This document shows positions 29,277-38,662 of a stretch of DNA of 64,000 nt, piece by piece. Both the position numbers and the translations under genes were made by a program. Every line of letters starts with the position of its first letter. The stretch's first letter is position 1. The notes beneath the pieces are model-generated. The model was not told where the DNA came from, ran no database searches, and worked only from the letters and a program-made list of their open reading frames with translations. Location of the stretch: positions 372,001 through 436,000 of the IMG/VR virus record IMGVR_UViG_3300017917_001342, one strand, 5' to 3'.

Positions 29277-30412
29277 TAGACAATGTAAGCACAGTTACGT
29301 TTCCAGCCGAATGGAATATGAAACGAGAGCCTGCAAGACCGGAAAATCTAAGATTAGATTACTGCGGTGGTATGAAATTCAACGACAATTTTGATTGGCA
29401 TAATATTTGGTATGACTGTATTCAATTAAACGAAACACAGACTATACTAATAGGACCGCCACTGTATGACGCTAAAGACTGGTTTATCAAAAACGCAGGA
29501 TTTGCTGATAGAGATGGTAATTTTCTAAACTATCAGTTCTACGATCTTGACCGTGTCAGCTATACACTTGTAATGACTAACCGAATTGACACAGACATTG
29601 TGTTATTAAGCAAAGACACTGCACCTGTGCCTATCGAAGTACGTCACAATGACGGTTATTTCAACGGACACAAAGTAATGGTAACATTACAACGTGACAA
29701 TCCAATTGAATGGATAGAACAATGGATGGAATATCACTACAAAGTACATGGTATAGATGCATTCCTCATTTACGATAACAGTAGCAAAACCTACACACCT
29801 GGTGAATTGGATCATCAACTTAGCAGACCCTATTTTAAATTAAAAATAGTACCATGGCCATATCCATATGGACCACAAGGCAGTGATTATGCACCTTGGG
29901 ATAGTGATTACGGACAATACTGCATGTTAGAACATGCAAAGTATCGTTATCTCAGCAATGCTGCATTAGTATTGAACAATGATATTGACGAATTGATAGT
30001 AACACAGGGTCCAACACTAGATCAGATACAACAACAATTAGACACAGGTCCGCATCATTGCTTGTATTATCTAGGCAAGTGGATCGAACCCTACGACATA
30101 CCAAATAGAACCAGTGCGCATTTAGTTGAACAGCACAAACGCAAATTCAAAGACTATTGCTGCACAGACTCAAACAACAAAACAGGCATAGGTAACAAAT
30201 GGATGTTGGTACCTAAACACAATATGCAATACCAATGGAGAGTGCATCACATTGCAGGACCTGCTGGTCAGAGTACAGACCTCTATTATGGACATTACCT
30301 TGCTATGAACACCAACTGGAGTTGGAAACGAGATGAGTATAAAGGCAATGTCGACAACCTAAGGCCAGAACCTTGGTTGTTTACAGCATTAAACAAAATG
30401 GCACAACAATGA
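29273..30412 (+). CDS. GT92/GT2-like glycosyltransferase
   Basis: IEQWMEYH...GIDAFLIYDNSS, VPWPYP, NDIDELI. Confidence 0.65.
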   Translation: MIDNVSTVTFPAEWNMKREPARPENLRLDYCGGMKFNDNFDWHNIWYDCIQLNETQTILIGPPLYDAKDWFIKNAGFADRDGNFLNYQFYDLDRVSYTLVMTNRIDTDIVLLSKDTAPVPIEVRHNDGYFNGHKVMVTLQRDNPIEWIEQWMEYHYKVHGIDAFLIYDNSSKTYTPGELDHQLSRPYFKLKIVPWPYPYGPQGSDYAPWDSDYGQYCMLEHAKYRYLSNAALVLNNDIDELIVTQGPTLDQIQQQLDTGPHHCLYYLGKWIEPYDIPNRTSAHLVEQHKRKFKDYCCTDSNNKTGIGNKWMLVPKHNMQYQWRVHHIAGPAGQSTDLYYGHYLAMNTNWSWKRDEYKGNVDNLRPEPWLFTALNKMAQQ

Positions 30413-31383
30413 AATTATTATTCGTAGTTCACAGATATTATCCGTTCCCTGGCGGTAGTGAGTATTATGTTCAGGCAATGGCAGAAGAAGCACTGGCTAG
30501 AGGTCATCAGGTTGCTGTGTTAGCAGGTGAGCACCAAGGTGATCAAAACGGAGTTACAGTAACTAATCAGGCTCAGGTGTTAATGGAGCCATGGGATCTT
30601 ATAGTTGTACACGGAGGCGATGTTGCTGTTCAAAACTTTGTGTTAAGCAATGCAACAAACATACCTAGTCCAATACTATACATGCTGATTTTACCAAGTC
30701 ACAGTCAGGTATGTGTACAAGCTATGAAAGATTGTGCATATCTTGGATGGAGTACACCGGAAGATCTTGCGCATATAAAACAATACGGATATGAACACAA
30801 GGCTGTTAGAATACGGCATGGCATTAAACTTGAAGACAGCATTGGTTCACTAGGGTTCAAAGCCAAATACGGGATACCAGAAGACAAAGCTATGGTATTG
30901 AGCTGCGGTGGGTATTGGCCCAATAAAAAGATGAGAGAGCTCGCAGATGTGTTTCTCAATGCCAATATAGAAGACACAGTGTTAGTAACAACAGGTTACG
31001 ACAACCGAATGAATCTCATGCCAGATCCTGTACCTGGCCGAATCATACCGTTGTTGATAGAAGATAAAGCCGATGTACTCAGTGCAATCAGAGAAGCCGA
31101 CATCTACTATATGCACAGTAGTCAAGAAGGCTTTGGTCTTGTTATTTTGGAAGCAATGTTAAACCGCACACCCTGGGTAGCCAGAGAAATAGCAGGTGCT
31201 GCTATGCTTAGACGTTTTGGCAAAACCTATCGCACAGACGACGAACTGCGATATATTATGAGTAACAACATGCCAACCATAGAAGAGCTTGACAACGCAC
31301 AGGAATATGTGTTAAAAAATCATTTGATCAAACACACAGTTGACGACATCCTGTCAATTCTAAGCTGGCGAAAAATTCCATGA
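30409..31383 (+). CDS. GT4 (GT-B) glycosyltransferase
   Basis: MKLLFVVHRYYPFPGGSE, IRHGI, SSQEGFGLVILEAM. ATGA overlap with the previous gene. Confidence 0.85.
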   Translation: MKLLFVVHRYYPFPGGSEYYVQAMAEEALARGHQVAVLAGEHQGDQNGVTVTNQAQVLMEPWDLIVVHGGDVAVQNFVLSNATNIPSPILYMLILPSHSQVCVQAMKDCAYLGWSTPEDLAHIKQYGYEHKAVRIRHGIKLEDSIGSLGFKAKYGIPEDKAMVLSCGGYWPNKKMRELADVFLNANIEDTVLVTTGYDNRMNLMPDPVPGRIIPLLIEDKADVLSAIREADIYYMHSSQEGFGLVILEAMLNRTPWVAREIAGAAMLRRFGKTYRTDDELRYIMSNNMPTIEELDNAQEYVLKNHLIKHTVDDILSILSWRKIP

Positions 31384-32126
31384 CATATAAAGTGTACTCA
31401 TCTGCTAACAAAGTAGGCAATGTCTTTAAAAGTGCAGATGGTACACCTCAGGTCAAGCGCATTGTGTTACAAGACATTACTCCCACTGTGGAATGGTTAG
31501 AATCAATCACAGGGTTGAAACTACTAAACAATTTGCTCGGATCTGCTGGTAAAAAAGCATCAAGCGGCGATATAGATATCGCAGTTGATCAAAACACCAT
31601 TACCAAAGATGAGTTGATTGCAAAACTTGTTGCAGTTTCAGATAACGCTTCTGTGAAGAAAAGTGGTATATCTGTACATTTTAAATCTCCGATTAAAGGC
31701 GATGCTGTTAACGGATATGTTCAGGTAGACTTTATGTTTGTAGACGACATAGAGTTTGCAAAATTTGGATTGTTTTCAGCCGGCGATGCTAGTAAGTTTA
31801 CAGGTGCAATACGAAATTTTCTATTGCACCACCTTGCTAAATCAGTTTCTGCTAACATGAAATTTAGCTGGCAACGTGGATTAGTGAACACAGATACCAA
31901 TACAATCATTACTAAAGACCCCGATAAGATTGCAGAAATCGTATTAGGTAAGGGTTGTACCAGATCAGATGCAAACAGCGTAGAAACAATAATTTCTTCT
32001 ATTAAAAACAATATGATACATATTGCATATCTAACAATGCTACGTGACACTTCACAAAACGAAAATGATGTAGATGCAGCTAAATCTATACTAGAATTAA
32101 TTATGCAGCCTGTGCATATTGCTTAA
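31380..32126 (+). CDS. DNA pol-beta superfamily nucleotidyltransferase-like protein
   Basis: LLGSAGKK..SGDIDIAVD (hGS-x-DxD) and third Asp in VQVDFM. Confidence 0.65.
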   Translation: MTYKVYSSANKVGNVFKSADGTPQVKRIVLQDITPTVEWLESITGLKLLNNLLGSAGKKASSGDIDIAVDQNTITKDELIAKLVAVSDNASVKKSGISVHFKSPIKGDAVNGYVQVDFMFVDDIEFAKFGLFSAGDASKFTGAIRNFLLHHLAKSVSANMKFSWQRGLVNTDTNTIITKDPDKIAEIVLGKGCTRSDANSVETIISSIKNNMIHIAYLTMLRDTSQNENDVDAAKSILELIMQPVHIA

Positions 32127-32652
32127 GCGTATCTAGTTTATCGTCGTAACGCACAGCCCATTTATCAACAAAGTTGTTGAACTTATCTGTGTATCGCACA
32201 AAAGCATTTGCGCTTTCTTTGAGGTCTTTTTTTGCTATTTTGAGACTAGGTTCTTTTTGAGTAACAGTTTTGAACTGTGCTTTTAGATTTTCTAACAATA
32301 CTATCAATTCAGGTGTTAGATGCTTTTCTAATTCTGCTATTACTTTAGCATACTGTACAGTTTCAGTTGGCTTAGGATCTTTACTCAATGTGATAATAAA
32401 ACTGATAGTATCTACAACACGAGTTCTAACAGTGTCTTCTGCTTCAAACAGCGAATGCACATGTTCTTTTGCTTCACTCTTAACTTGCAATTTCAGCGCC
32501 TTGATTTCTTCTTCAAGAGCTTCTATGCGTTCAACTTTTTGAGCAAGTTTAGTATAAGACTGACTGTTATAGCTTTTTAATGTGGCTACAACTTTGTCTG
32601 CGCCGCGTTCAAACTCAATGTCTGCTTCTACGATAGATATAAAATTTCGCAT
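32101..32652 (-). CDS. Hypothetical (possible internal head protein)
   Basis: 183-aa helical ORF with N-terminal MRNFISIVEA. Confidence 0.5.
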   Translation of the reverse strand: MRNFISIVEADIEFERGADKVVATLKSYNSQSYTKLAQKVERIEALEEEIKALKLQVKSEAKEHVHSLFEAEDTVRTRVVDTISFIITLSKDPKPTETVQYAKVIAELEKHLTPELIVLLENLKAQFKTVTQKEPSLKIAKKDLKESANAFVRYTDKFNNFVDKWAVRYDDKLDTLKQYAQAA

Positions 32653-32663
32653 ATTATGTCACT

Positions 32664-32969
32664 TTAGAAATTGAAAGTTTTTGTGCTAGACATTGTTGAT
32701 GTTTCGTATTGCTTATAAAGGTTAGATTCAATCTCGCTTTTATTGATTTTGCTAAAAACCCAGCTATTAACAGTGTCAGATGATATATTTGCAAAATCTA
32801 CAAAGTTATTTGGATCTGCAGGCGGTACGTCTACCATTCCACTAGCTTTAAAAACTGCACCAGTTGTTGCAGTTGCAATGCAATACCATTCTACACCTGT
32901 TATTACATTTTTCAAAAGTTCTGTACTATGAATAATGTGCGCAGGGCCTAGCTTCCATTCATAAATCAT
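32664..32969 (-). CDS. Conserved small virion-associated phage protein
   Basis: SD GGAG and late promoter upstream. W..., VITGVEW..., FVDFANISSDTVNSWV pattern. Confidence 0.55.
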   Translation of the reverse strand: MIYEWKLGPAHIIHSTELLKNVITGVEWYCIATATTGAVFKASGMVDVPPADPNNFVDFANISSDTVNSWVFSKINKSEIESNLYKQYETSTMSSTKTFNF

Positions 32970-32987
32970 TGCATTTCTCCTGTGTGA

Positions 32988-32995
32988 TATTTATA
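32988..32995 (-). promoter_or_regulatory. Late promoter TATAAATA
   Basis: Just downstream of the gp23 terminator and 19 nt upstream of ATG 32969. Confidence 0.65.
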
Positions 32996-33001
32996 GTAAA
33001 G

Positions 33002-33031
33002 AAAAGCCTCGGGATTTCTCCCGAGGCTTTT
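33002..33031 (-). terminator. Intrinsic terminator after major capsid gene
   Basis: AAAAGCCTCGGGA-TTTC-TCCCGAGGCTTTT, a 13-bp perfect stem. Confidence 0.9.
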
Positions 33032-33051
33032 TGTAAGCAACTCTAATATTA

Positions 33052-34251
33052 TTAGAGGAACTTGAGGTGTGCAGTGTTGATACTAATACCAGCGAGGTAG
33101 TCTGCTGCGTTACCCAAGCTGCTTGCAGTGTTGCTGAGCTCTAGGTAGCCGTAACGTGACATGAAGCTGACTACTGGTTCGAAGGTATTTGGATCAATGA
33201 TAACACCGGATGATGTTAGCGGAACGTATGGGCAGTAGTAAGCTGCTGCGTCGATTTCGCCTGGACCCTTATAGCCTACGAGTACGTTAGTGTCGTCTGC
33301 TGCGTACTGGTTTACATAAACACGCATACTGTTGTTCAAAGTACCTACGAACTTAGTGTTTGTTGGTGCTTCGAATGTACCTTCAGTTGTACGTGCGAAT
33401 GCTGATGTTGTTGCTGACTGTAGGATTGTGAGTGCTGTTGGGGAAACAACAACCCAGTTACCTGCGCCGCGACGTGTACGAGCAGCAATCAAGTTTGCAC
33501 CACGGTTGATGAGGATCGCTAATGCAGCGTGTTCGTCACCAACGAATGTTGCAGTACCACTTACAGCAGCTTGGTCGTATGTTAGGGTTGTACCTGCCAA
33601 TGCGCCAAGTGAAGTAAGGATTTCTTGGTCGATTTCTGCTGTAATTTCTTGTGCTAGTGCAGCCATAATTTCAGCTTCGATATCGATGCCTTGCTGTGCT
33701 TGAGCATCCTGTGCTGCTTCAAAGGTCCAGCGAGCACTTAGCTTGCGTGTCTTTGCTTCAACAACTTCTTTTAGAATTTGGATGTTCAAACGCTTACCAG
33801 CAACACCTTCAAGTACGCTAACAGGAGCGCCTGCAGGAGCAGCACTGTTACCGTTACCTGAATAGAACGAAGCTATTTGGAATGGGCTTAGTGCTTCTGT
33901 GTTTGCTGCAACAGCTTGTGGGCTACCAAATGTGTCAGCGTAACGAACACGTAGAGTGTGAATCTGGCCTACTGGACCAGTCATTGGCTGTACACCGATG
34001 ATTTCGTTAGCAATAACAGTTGGCATAACTCGACGGATAACCGGTAGGATTACCTTGTTGAGAGTTGCAATGTTACCAGCACTTGTACTGCCTGGTGTTG
34101 CACTTTCAAACAGTATACCTGACTTGCTTTGCAAGTCTCTCTTAGTATTCTCAAGGACAACGTCCATGACCTTCTTGCGATTGCCAGTAAGACCTTCGCA
34201 GAGAGCGGTCTTGGTTGCCGTCCAATGAGTTTCAAACAAATTTTTGCTCAT
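33052..34251 (-). CDS. gp23: Major capsid protein
   Basis: VILPVIRRVMP...IIGVQPMTGP, TRKLSARWT, LAQEITAEIDQEI, YCPYVPL, FMSRYG. SD AAGGAA favours ATG 34251. Confidence 0.95.
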   Translation of the reverse strand: MSKNLFETHWTATKTALCEGLTGNRKKVMDVVLENTKRDLQSKSGILFESATPGSTSAGNIATLNKVILPVIRRVMPTVIANEIIGVQPMTGPVGQIHTLRVRYADTFGSPQAVAANTEALSPFQIASFYSGNGNSAAPAGAPVSVLEGVAGKRLNIQILKEVVEAKTRKLSARWTFEAAQDAQAQQGIDIEAEIMAALAQEITAEIDQEILTSLGALAGTTLTYDQAAVSGTATFVGDEHAALAILINRGANLIAARTRRGAGNWVVVSPTALTILQSATTSAFARTTEGTFEAPTNTKFVGTLNNSMRVYVNQYAADDTNVLVGYKGPGEIDAAAYYCPYVPLTSSGVIIDPNTFEPVVSFMSRYGYLELSNTASSLGNAADYLAGISINTAHLKFL

Positions 34252-34270
34252 TTTAAAGACTTCCTTTTCC

Positions 34271-35476
34271 TTATTGTTTAATGCCTGCGAGATAGAGAAT
34301 AGTACCAATGTCCTGGTTATTTTCTTCTCTTACCGCTTCTGACAGCTTGTTTGGCCTGTCACCCGTGAATGCCACGGACTTGTTTTGAGTGCCTTCTGCA
34401 AGTTGCTGCTTCGCAACACTCTTAGTTTCACCGTTCATCACGGTTGGTAGATATCTGTTGAAAGCTTCTTTAAGATTTGACGTCTTAATGTCTCTCAACA
34501 TTTCTTCCATTACTGCTTTTTTGTCACGGCTTAGAGGTGCAAGCATCTCACCGAGAAGCTCTAATCTTTCTGCACGTTCTTTAGCAGTTTTGACTTCGGC
34601 GTTCACACTTTCTACTAGCTTATCTTTAGCTGCTAGCTTCTTTGCTGCCTCATCAATTCTCTTTTGGCTTTCAGCCAATTGCTTTTGCAACTTTTTAACT
34701 TCGGTACCTTCGGAAAGGTAACTAGCCATGTATTCCGCTGCTACAGCTTCGAAAATTCTACGACCAAAATTGTTCTCACGAGCAACTTTGATATCATCAC
34801 GCCACTGTACTAGTTCGTTACGAATTACTTCGTTAAGAGTTTTGTCTAGTGTAGCTGTTGCTTTACTAATGAAAGCACTACGTGATTCGTTAATTTTCTT
34901 TTTGCCCTCGGCAGCTAGTTTTGCACGCTGCTCGACAAGAGCTTTCTTATCAATTTCGAATTCTGCAATCTCTTCTGAAAGTTTTGAAACAACAAAACCT
35001 TCGAGTTTGTTAATGCGATCTTGTGTCTGCTTTTTAGCAGATTCACGGATGGCTTCGACTTCTCGTGCCATCTTCTTGCGCTGAGCTTCAAGGGTCTTAC
35101 GATCCTCTACAAACTCGCGTATTTCTTCCTTCATCTGCTTAGCAATGAATGCGTTAAGCAGTTTCAGGTGTCCCGAAACCTTGTTTTCTGCAAGACGTTT
35201 AGCAGCAAGTGTTTCTTTGCTGAGTTTTGCTTTCTGTGATATAAGAGCAGCGCGGTCTTCTGCGAACTCCTCCAATTCACTCTTGATTGCATCATTCAGC
35301 ATCGAATCCATAGCTTCGACAAGTTGAGTCTTGTCTGCGGCATATCTAGCTGCATATTCTTCGTGCAGTTGGGCTTCGGTCTGTTTTACTTTAGCTTCGA
35401 ACGCTTCCTGAAGAGCTGCCTTGACATCAGGGCCAAGTACTTCGTTCTCCAGGAGTTCTTCTATTTTGTTTGTCAT
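34271..35476 (-). CDS. gp22: Prohead core scaffold protein
   Basis: Long E/K-rich coiled coil between gp21 and gp23. SD AAGGAG. Confidence 0.8.
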   Translation of the reverse strand: MTNKIEELLENEVLGPDVKAALQEAFEAKVKQTEAQLHEEYAARYAADKTQLVEAMDSMLNDAIKSELEEFAEDRAALISQKAKLSKETLAAKRLAENKVSGHLKLLNAFIAKQMKEEIREFVEDRKTLEAQRKKMAREVEAIRESAKKQTQDRINKLEGFVVSKLSEEIAEFEIDKKALVEQRAKLAAEGKKKINESRSAFISKATATLDKTLNEVIRNELVQWRDDIKVARENNFGRRIFEAVAAEYMASYLSEGTEVKKLQKQLAESQKRIDEAAKKLAAKDKLVESVNAEVKTAKERAERLELLGEMLAPLSRDKKAVMEEMLRDIKTSNLKEAFNRYLPTVMNGETKSVAKQQLAEGTQNKSVAFTGDRPNKLSEAVREENNQDIGTILYLAGIKQ

Positions 35477-35488
35477 CAAACCGACTCC

Positions 35489-36133
35489 TTATCGTAGTTT
35501 CAACTCGTCGACCCAATTTAGCAGTATCTTCGTTAGATGCTTCTGTGCAGATGCATCGTAACGAACTGCTTCGGCCAATTCGATGGTTTTGTAACCATGT
35601 CTGCGACCTAATATTGACTCGTACATTGGTACAGGGTAAGCATTAGGTGCGCTTGGCTTAGCAACGATATCAACAGTCAACATGTCGAAGTCGCTGACCT
35701 CACCGTTGTCATTAACATTGCCTGAACCGCGGCTACTAACACCTAGCTTTACGCCGTTTGTTAATAGTGTAGTAACAATGTTTCCACATGGTGTTGGTAA
35801 CACTTGAAGCTTACCATAGCCATTACCGCCGTCCATCCACATTTCAGTTATCTTGTGACTTACTCTATCAAGATGGATCTGTAGTTCTTGTGGGTGATCA
35901 CACTCACCAAGTACTCCAGAATCTTGTCTAATAGATTCGTTCAACTGTTCAACTGCTTTGCGGATTTCACTGACAGGATAAACACGACCGTTATGGTTGC
36001 GTAATCCACCCTGTATAAAAATGCCTTTCATATAGACATTCTTAGGTTGACCTTCACCTGTGGCTTCGGTGATGACTTCAGCTTTAGCAGTGTCGTATGT
36101 AAGATGTTCGACTAGTAAAGAATTTTTCATCAC
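35489..36133 (-). CDS. gp21: Prohead protease
   Basis: MKGIFIQG...NHNGRVYP, GECDHP, RVSHKI, GVSSRGSG, DIVAKPSAPNA. Confidence 0.93.
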   Translation of the reverse strand: MMKNSLLVEHLTYDTAKAEVITEATGEGQPKNVYMKGIFIQGGLRNHNGRVYPVSEIRKAVEQLNESIRQDSGVLGECDHPQELQIHLDRVSHKITEMWMDGGNGYGKLQVLPTPCGNIVTTLLTNGVKLGVSSRGSGNVNDNGEVSDFDMLTVDIVAKPSAPNAYPVPMYESILGRRHGYKTIELAEAVRYDASAQKHLTKILLNWVDELKLR

Positions 36134-36155
36134 ACTACCTGTTGTTTGGGTGAAA

Positions 36156-36162
36156 TATTTAG
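36156..36162 (-). promoter_or_regulatory. Late promoter CTAAATA (gp21)
   Basis: 23 nt upstream of the start. Confidence 0.6.
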
Positions 36163-36204
36163 TGAATATTTTGTATTATGGTTTAAAATGGTGGTTTTTT
36201 CTTT

Positions 36205-36239
36205 AAAAATACCGCAGACCTTAATCTGCGGTATTTTTT
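36205..36239 (-). terminator. Intrinsic terminator
   Basis: AAAAATACCGCAGA-CCTTAA-TCTGCGGTATTTTT(T), a 14-bp stem. Confidence 0.85.
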
Positions 36240-36260
36240 ATTCTATATAAACTAGTTCAA

Positions 36261-37298
36261 TTACTTGCGCGGTGCACGAGTTAATGGGCTAGTTTGGTTT
36301 CCTTTTCCGAATGTGCGTTCAGTTGAATCCAATGCACTTCTTGAATCTTCCTTGGCACCATAGCTGCCGGACTGTTCATTTTCCATGTCTTGGGTATCAG
36401 TCTTACGACGGTTGTCCTTTGGAAGGATTTTTGTCTTTTGACTTGCCGGTGGTGTTTCGCGGTTGTAGCCACTTGCTGTTGGACCTTTGCCAGTCTTAAT
36501 TGGCTCGGCACCAAAACGCTGTGTTTGACTTGGTGGTAGTGGACTACGGCTACGTTCGTTAGCATCACGTGGTGAGTACTTACCAACGCCTACTTCGCCA
36601 CTAGTTGGAATTGATACTTTTTCAAGTTCAATTGCTTCTGCGAGATCGTCGAAGTCTTCTTCAGTGAACATTTCGTCCATTTCTTCTTCGCCTTCGTCGC
36701 CTTCTTCGCCTTGCTCGAAGTCCATTTCTTCTTCGCCGCCTTGGCCAAAGTTTTCGTCGCCGCTCATGTCATCTTCTGATCCAAGATCTTCGTCACTGAA
36801 CTCGTCGCCACCTTCTAGCTTTTCAAATTCTGCTTTGAGTTGTTCAAGTGCAGATTCCAAATCGCCCATTGTGTCATCAATGTTGCCAAGAATGTCACTG
36901 TCGTCGCCCATGTCCATGTCAGCATTGTCCATGTCCATGTCAGCATCGTCGAGATCCATATCGGCATCATCCATGTCCATTTCAGCGTCATCCATGTCCA
37001 TTTCAGCATCGCCAAGATCATCCATTTCATCATCTTCAGCTTCGCCCATGATTTCTTCAGCGTCAATTTCGTCGCTAAGGTCATCAATATGATCATCGTG
37101 GCGCATTAGTTCATGACGTAGCTGTTCGCCTTCGTCACCACCAAGAACATCTTCGTCGAATTCTTCGTCGTCACTGATCAGTTCTTCGTGAATTGCACGA
37201 GCCTTTTCAATGAATACTTGGTGTAGTAATTCTTTAGCGCGGTCTTCGTTACCATTGACAAGGTACTCGAGGACTTGCTCAAGTTTATTTTTAGACAT
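36261..37298 (-). CDS. Highly acidic prohead core protein (gp67-like by synteny)
   Basis: D/E/M-rich N-half and basic C-half. Lies between portal and protease. SD AAGGAG. Confidence 0.6.
   Translation of the reverse strand: MSKNKLEQVLEYLVNGNEDRAKELLHQVFIEKARAIHEELISDDEEFDEDVLGGDEGEQLRHELMRHDDHIDDLSDEIDAEEIMGEAEDDEMDDLGDAEMDMDDAEMDMDDADMDLDDADMDMDNADMDMGDDSDILGNIDDTMGDLESALEQLKAEFEKLEGGDEFSDEDLGSEDDMSGDENFGQGGEEEMDFEQGEEGDEGEEEMDEMFTEEDFDDLAEAIELEKVSIPTSGEVGVGKYSPRDANERSRSPLPPSQTQRFGAEPIKTGKGPTASGYNRETPPASQKTKILPKDNRRKTDTQDMENEQSGSYGAKEDSRSALDSTERTFGKGNQTSPLTRAPRK
36909..37013. repeat. 5 x 21-bp degenerate tandem repeat encoding (D/G)(D/N)A(E/D)MD(M/L)
   Basis: Units catgtccatgtcagcattgtc / catgtccatgtcagcatcgtc / gagatccatatcggcatcatc / catgtccatttcagcgtcatc / catgtccatttcagcatcgcc. 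Confidence 0.85.
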
Positions 37299-37340
37299 TT
37301 TGTAGTTCTCCTTAGGTAAAAGTTGTAGCAGACTCTGGGT

Positions 37341-37347
37341 TATTTAA
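37341..37347 (-). promoter_or_regulatory. Late promoter TTAAATA
   Basis: 43 nt upstream of ATG 37298. Confidence 0.5.
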
Positions 37348-37360
37348 CAGCAAATATCAG

Positions 37361-37403
37361 AATGCGTGAAATATGGCATAAAAAACGGCATATTTCACGC
37401 ATT
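37361..37403. repeat. 15-bp perfect inverted repeat with 13-nt loop
   Basis: AATGCGTGAAATATG...CATATTTCACGCATT. Confidence 0.85.
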
Positions 37404-37409
37404 TTTCTA

Positions 37410-38450
37410 TTAATAGACTTTTTGTATCCAATAACAGCCTGGTAAATTATTAGCTGTTAAATCTAATGTTACTACAGTACCACCGCCATTTGGTAATGTA
37501 ACGCTTTGTCCATTTGCTACATACCATCCAGTTGGAATTACTGACGATGTTGGCAATGCAATTATGCCGTTTGTAGGCATAGGATTATCTAAGAACGTTG
37601 TTGTAATAACAATGTTAGCATTACCGTAGAAAATATTACTACCGCCAACAACACCGTCTAAGATAATATTAGAACCAAATATTAATGAATTTGCTGCACC
37701 ATTGTATATAGCGGGTGTATAACCCAATGCATTAACAACGTCTGTGCTGTTAATTACGTTACCAGAAGTAACAATACCGTTGCTTCCAACTGTTACCTTT
37801 GAATAGGTACCAGATGCAACAATAGGTGTTAGACTTAGATTCAATGTAACGTCGCTACTACCATCAAAACTAACTGTACCCGTTGCACTGTTGCTAACAC
37901 TCAACGTCATATTGCTTGCAAATGCATTTGCAGTTGTAGCAGTACCGACAAACTGTAAGCCTGTAGTGCTGGTTGCCATTGTTACACCAGCAGATATACC
38001 CTGTGGGAATCTAGACGCTAATGCATAGTCTGTGTCATTTATAGAAACACTCGAAGGAAGATTAGCTGCCGGTATGTAGACTTCGCTAGTAGCAAACACA
38101 ATCTGGTTACCAGCAAGAGTTAATGCAACTGCTAAACCAGGCGGAATGCTTATAGTTGCAGTACCAGCCATTCCAGTGAAAGGCGGAGTCAGTACTTTCC
38201 ATACTGTACCGTTGAAATACTTTAATGTAGCATTAACAGTATCATACCATAGCTGACCAATTAACGGATTAGTAGGTGCAGAATTGTTAGCAAAATTCTG
38301 CATTAGGTATATGAAATTTTCATTAACAAAATAACCAAAGTTAACAGCATTTTGCCCAATAAGAGCAAGGCTAGTAGCAGTAGTGTTAATGGTGCTAGTT
38401 GGTAGTATTATAAGATTACTACCGTCTGCCTTAGTAAGGTTATAACTCAT
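37410..38450 (-). CDS. Tail-fibre/baseplate-appendage-like structural protein
   Basis: SLALIGQNAVNFG...NENF..LMQNFA...GQLWYDT N-terminus, followed by a T/S/G-rich beta region. Confidence 0.55.
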   Translation of the reverse strand: MSYNLTKADGSNLIILPTSTINTTATSLALIGQNAVNFGYFVNENFIYLMQNFANNSAPTNPLIGQLWYDTVNATLKYFNGTVWKVLTPPFTGMAGTATISIPPGLAVALTLAGNQIVFATSEVYIPAANLPSSVSINDTDYALASRFPQGISAGVTMATSTTGLQFVGTATTANAFASNMTLSVSNSATGTVSFDGSSDVTLNLSLTPIVASGTYSKVTVGSNGIVTSGNVINSTDVVNALGYTPAIYNGAANSLIFGSNIILDGVVGGSNIFYGNANIVITTTFLDNPMPTNGIIALPTSSVIPTGWYVANGQSVTLPNGGGTVVTLDLTANNLPGCYWIQKVY

Positions 38451-38662
38451 ATAGTAGGTGCTCCTTCTGCAGGAGGTGCATATTGTATTTCTAAATGGTC
38501 AGCATGCACAAGATCTTCTAAATCCTTTGCTGCTCTCATTTTTTTAAGTTTGTTAAGCTGAATCAATGTAAGCCGTGTTCTACGAGTATCATGCAGATTT
38601 GCCTGATTAAACTTATCATCTTCAGGTGTATAGTAAGCGCCTTCGAATTCTTCTGCTCGCAT
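38447..38662 (-). CDS. Small conserved head-module protein
   Basis: SD GGAG before MRAEEF and RRTRLTLIQLNKLKKMR motif. Confidence 0.55.
   Translation of the reverse strand: MRAEEFEGAYYTPEDDKFNQANLHDTRRTRLTLIQLNKLKKMRAAKDLEDLVHADHLEIQYAPPAEGAPTI

Noticed and set aside
36909-37013. Possible CRISPR or iteron array
   Set aside because: In-frame 21-bp coding repeat without unique spacers.
33332-37109. Long plus-strand ORFs antisense to gp23, gp22 and the core gene (e.g. 33332, 34389, 34728, 36664, 36840)
   Set aside because: Shadows of strongly biased codon usage (Ser/Leu-rich, no SD, no motifs).
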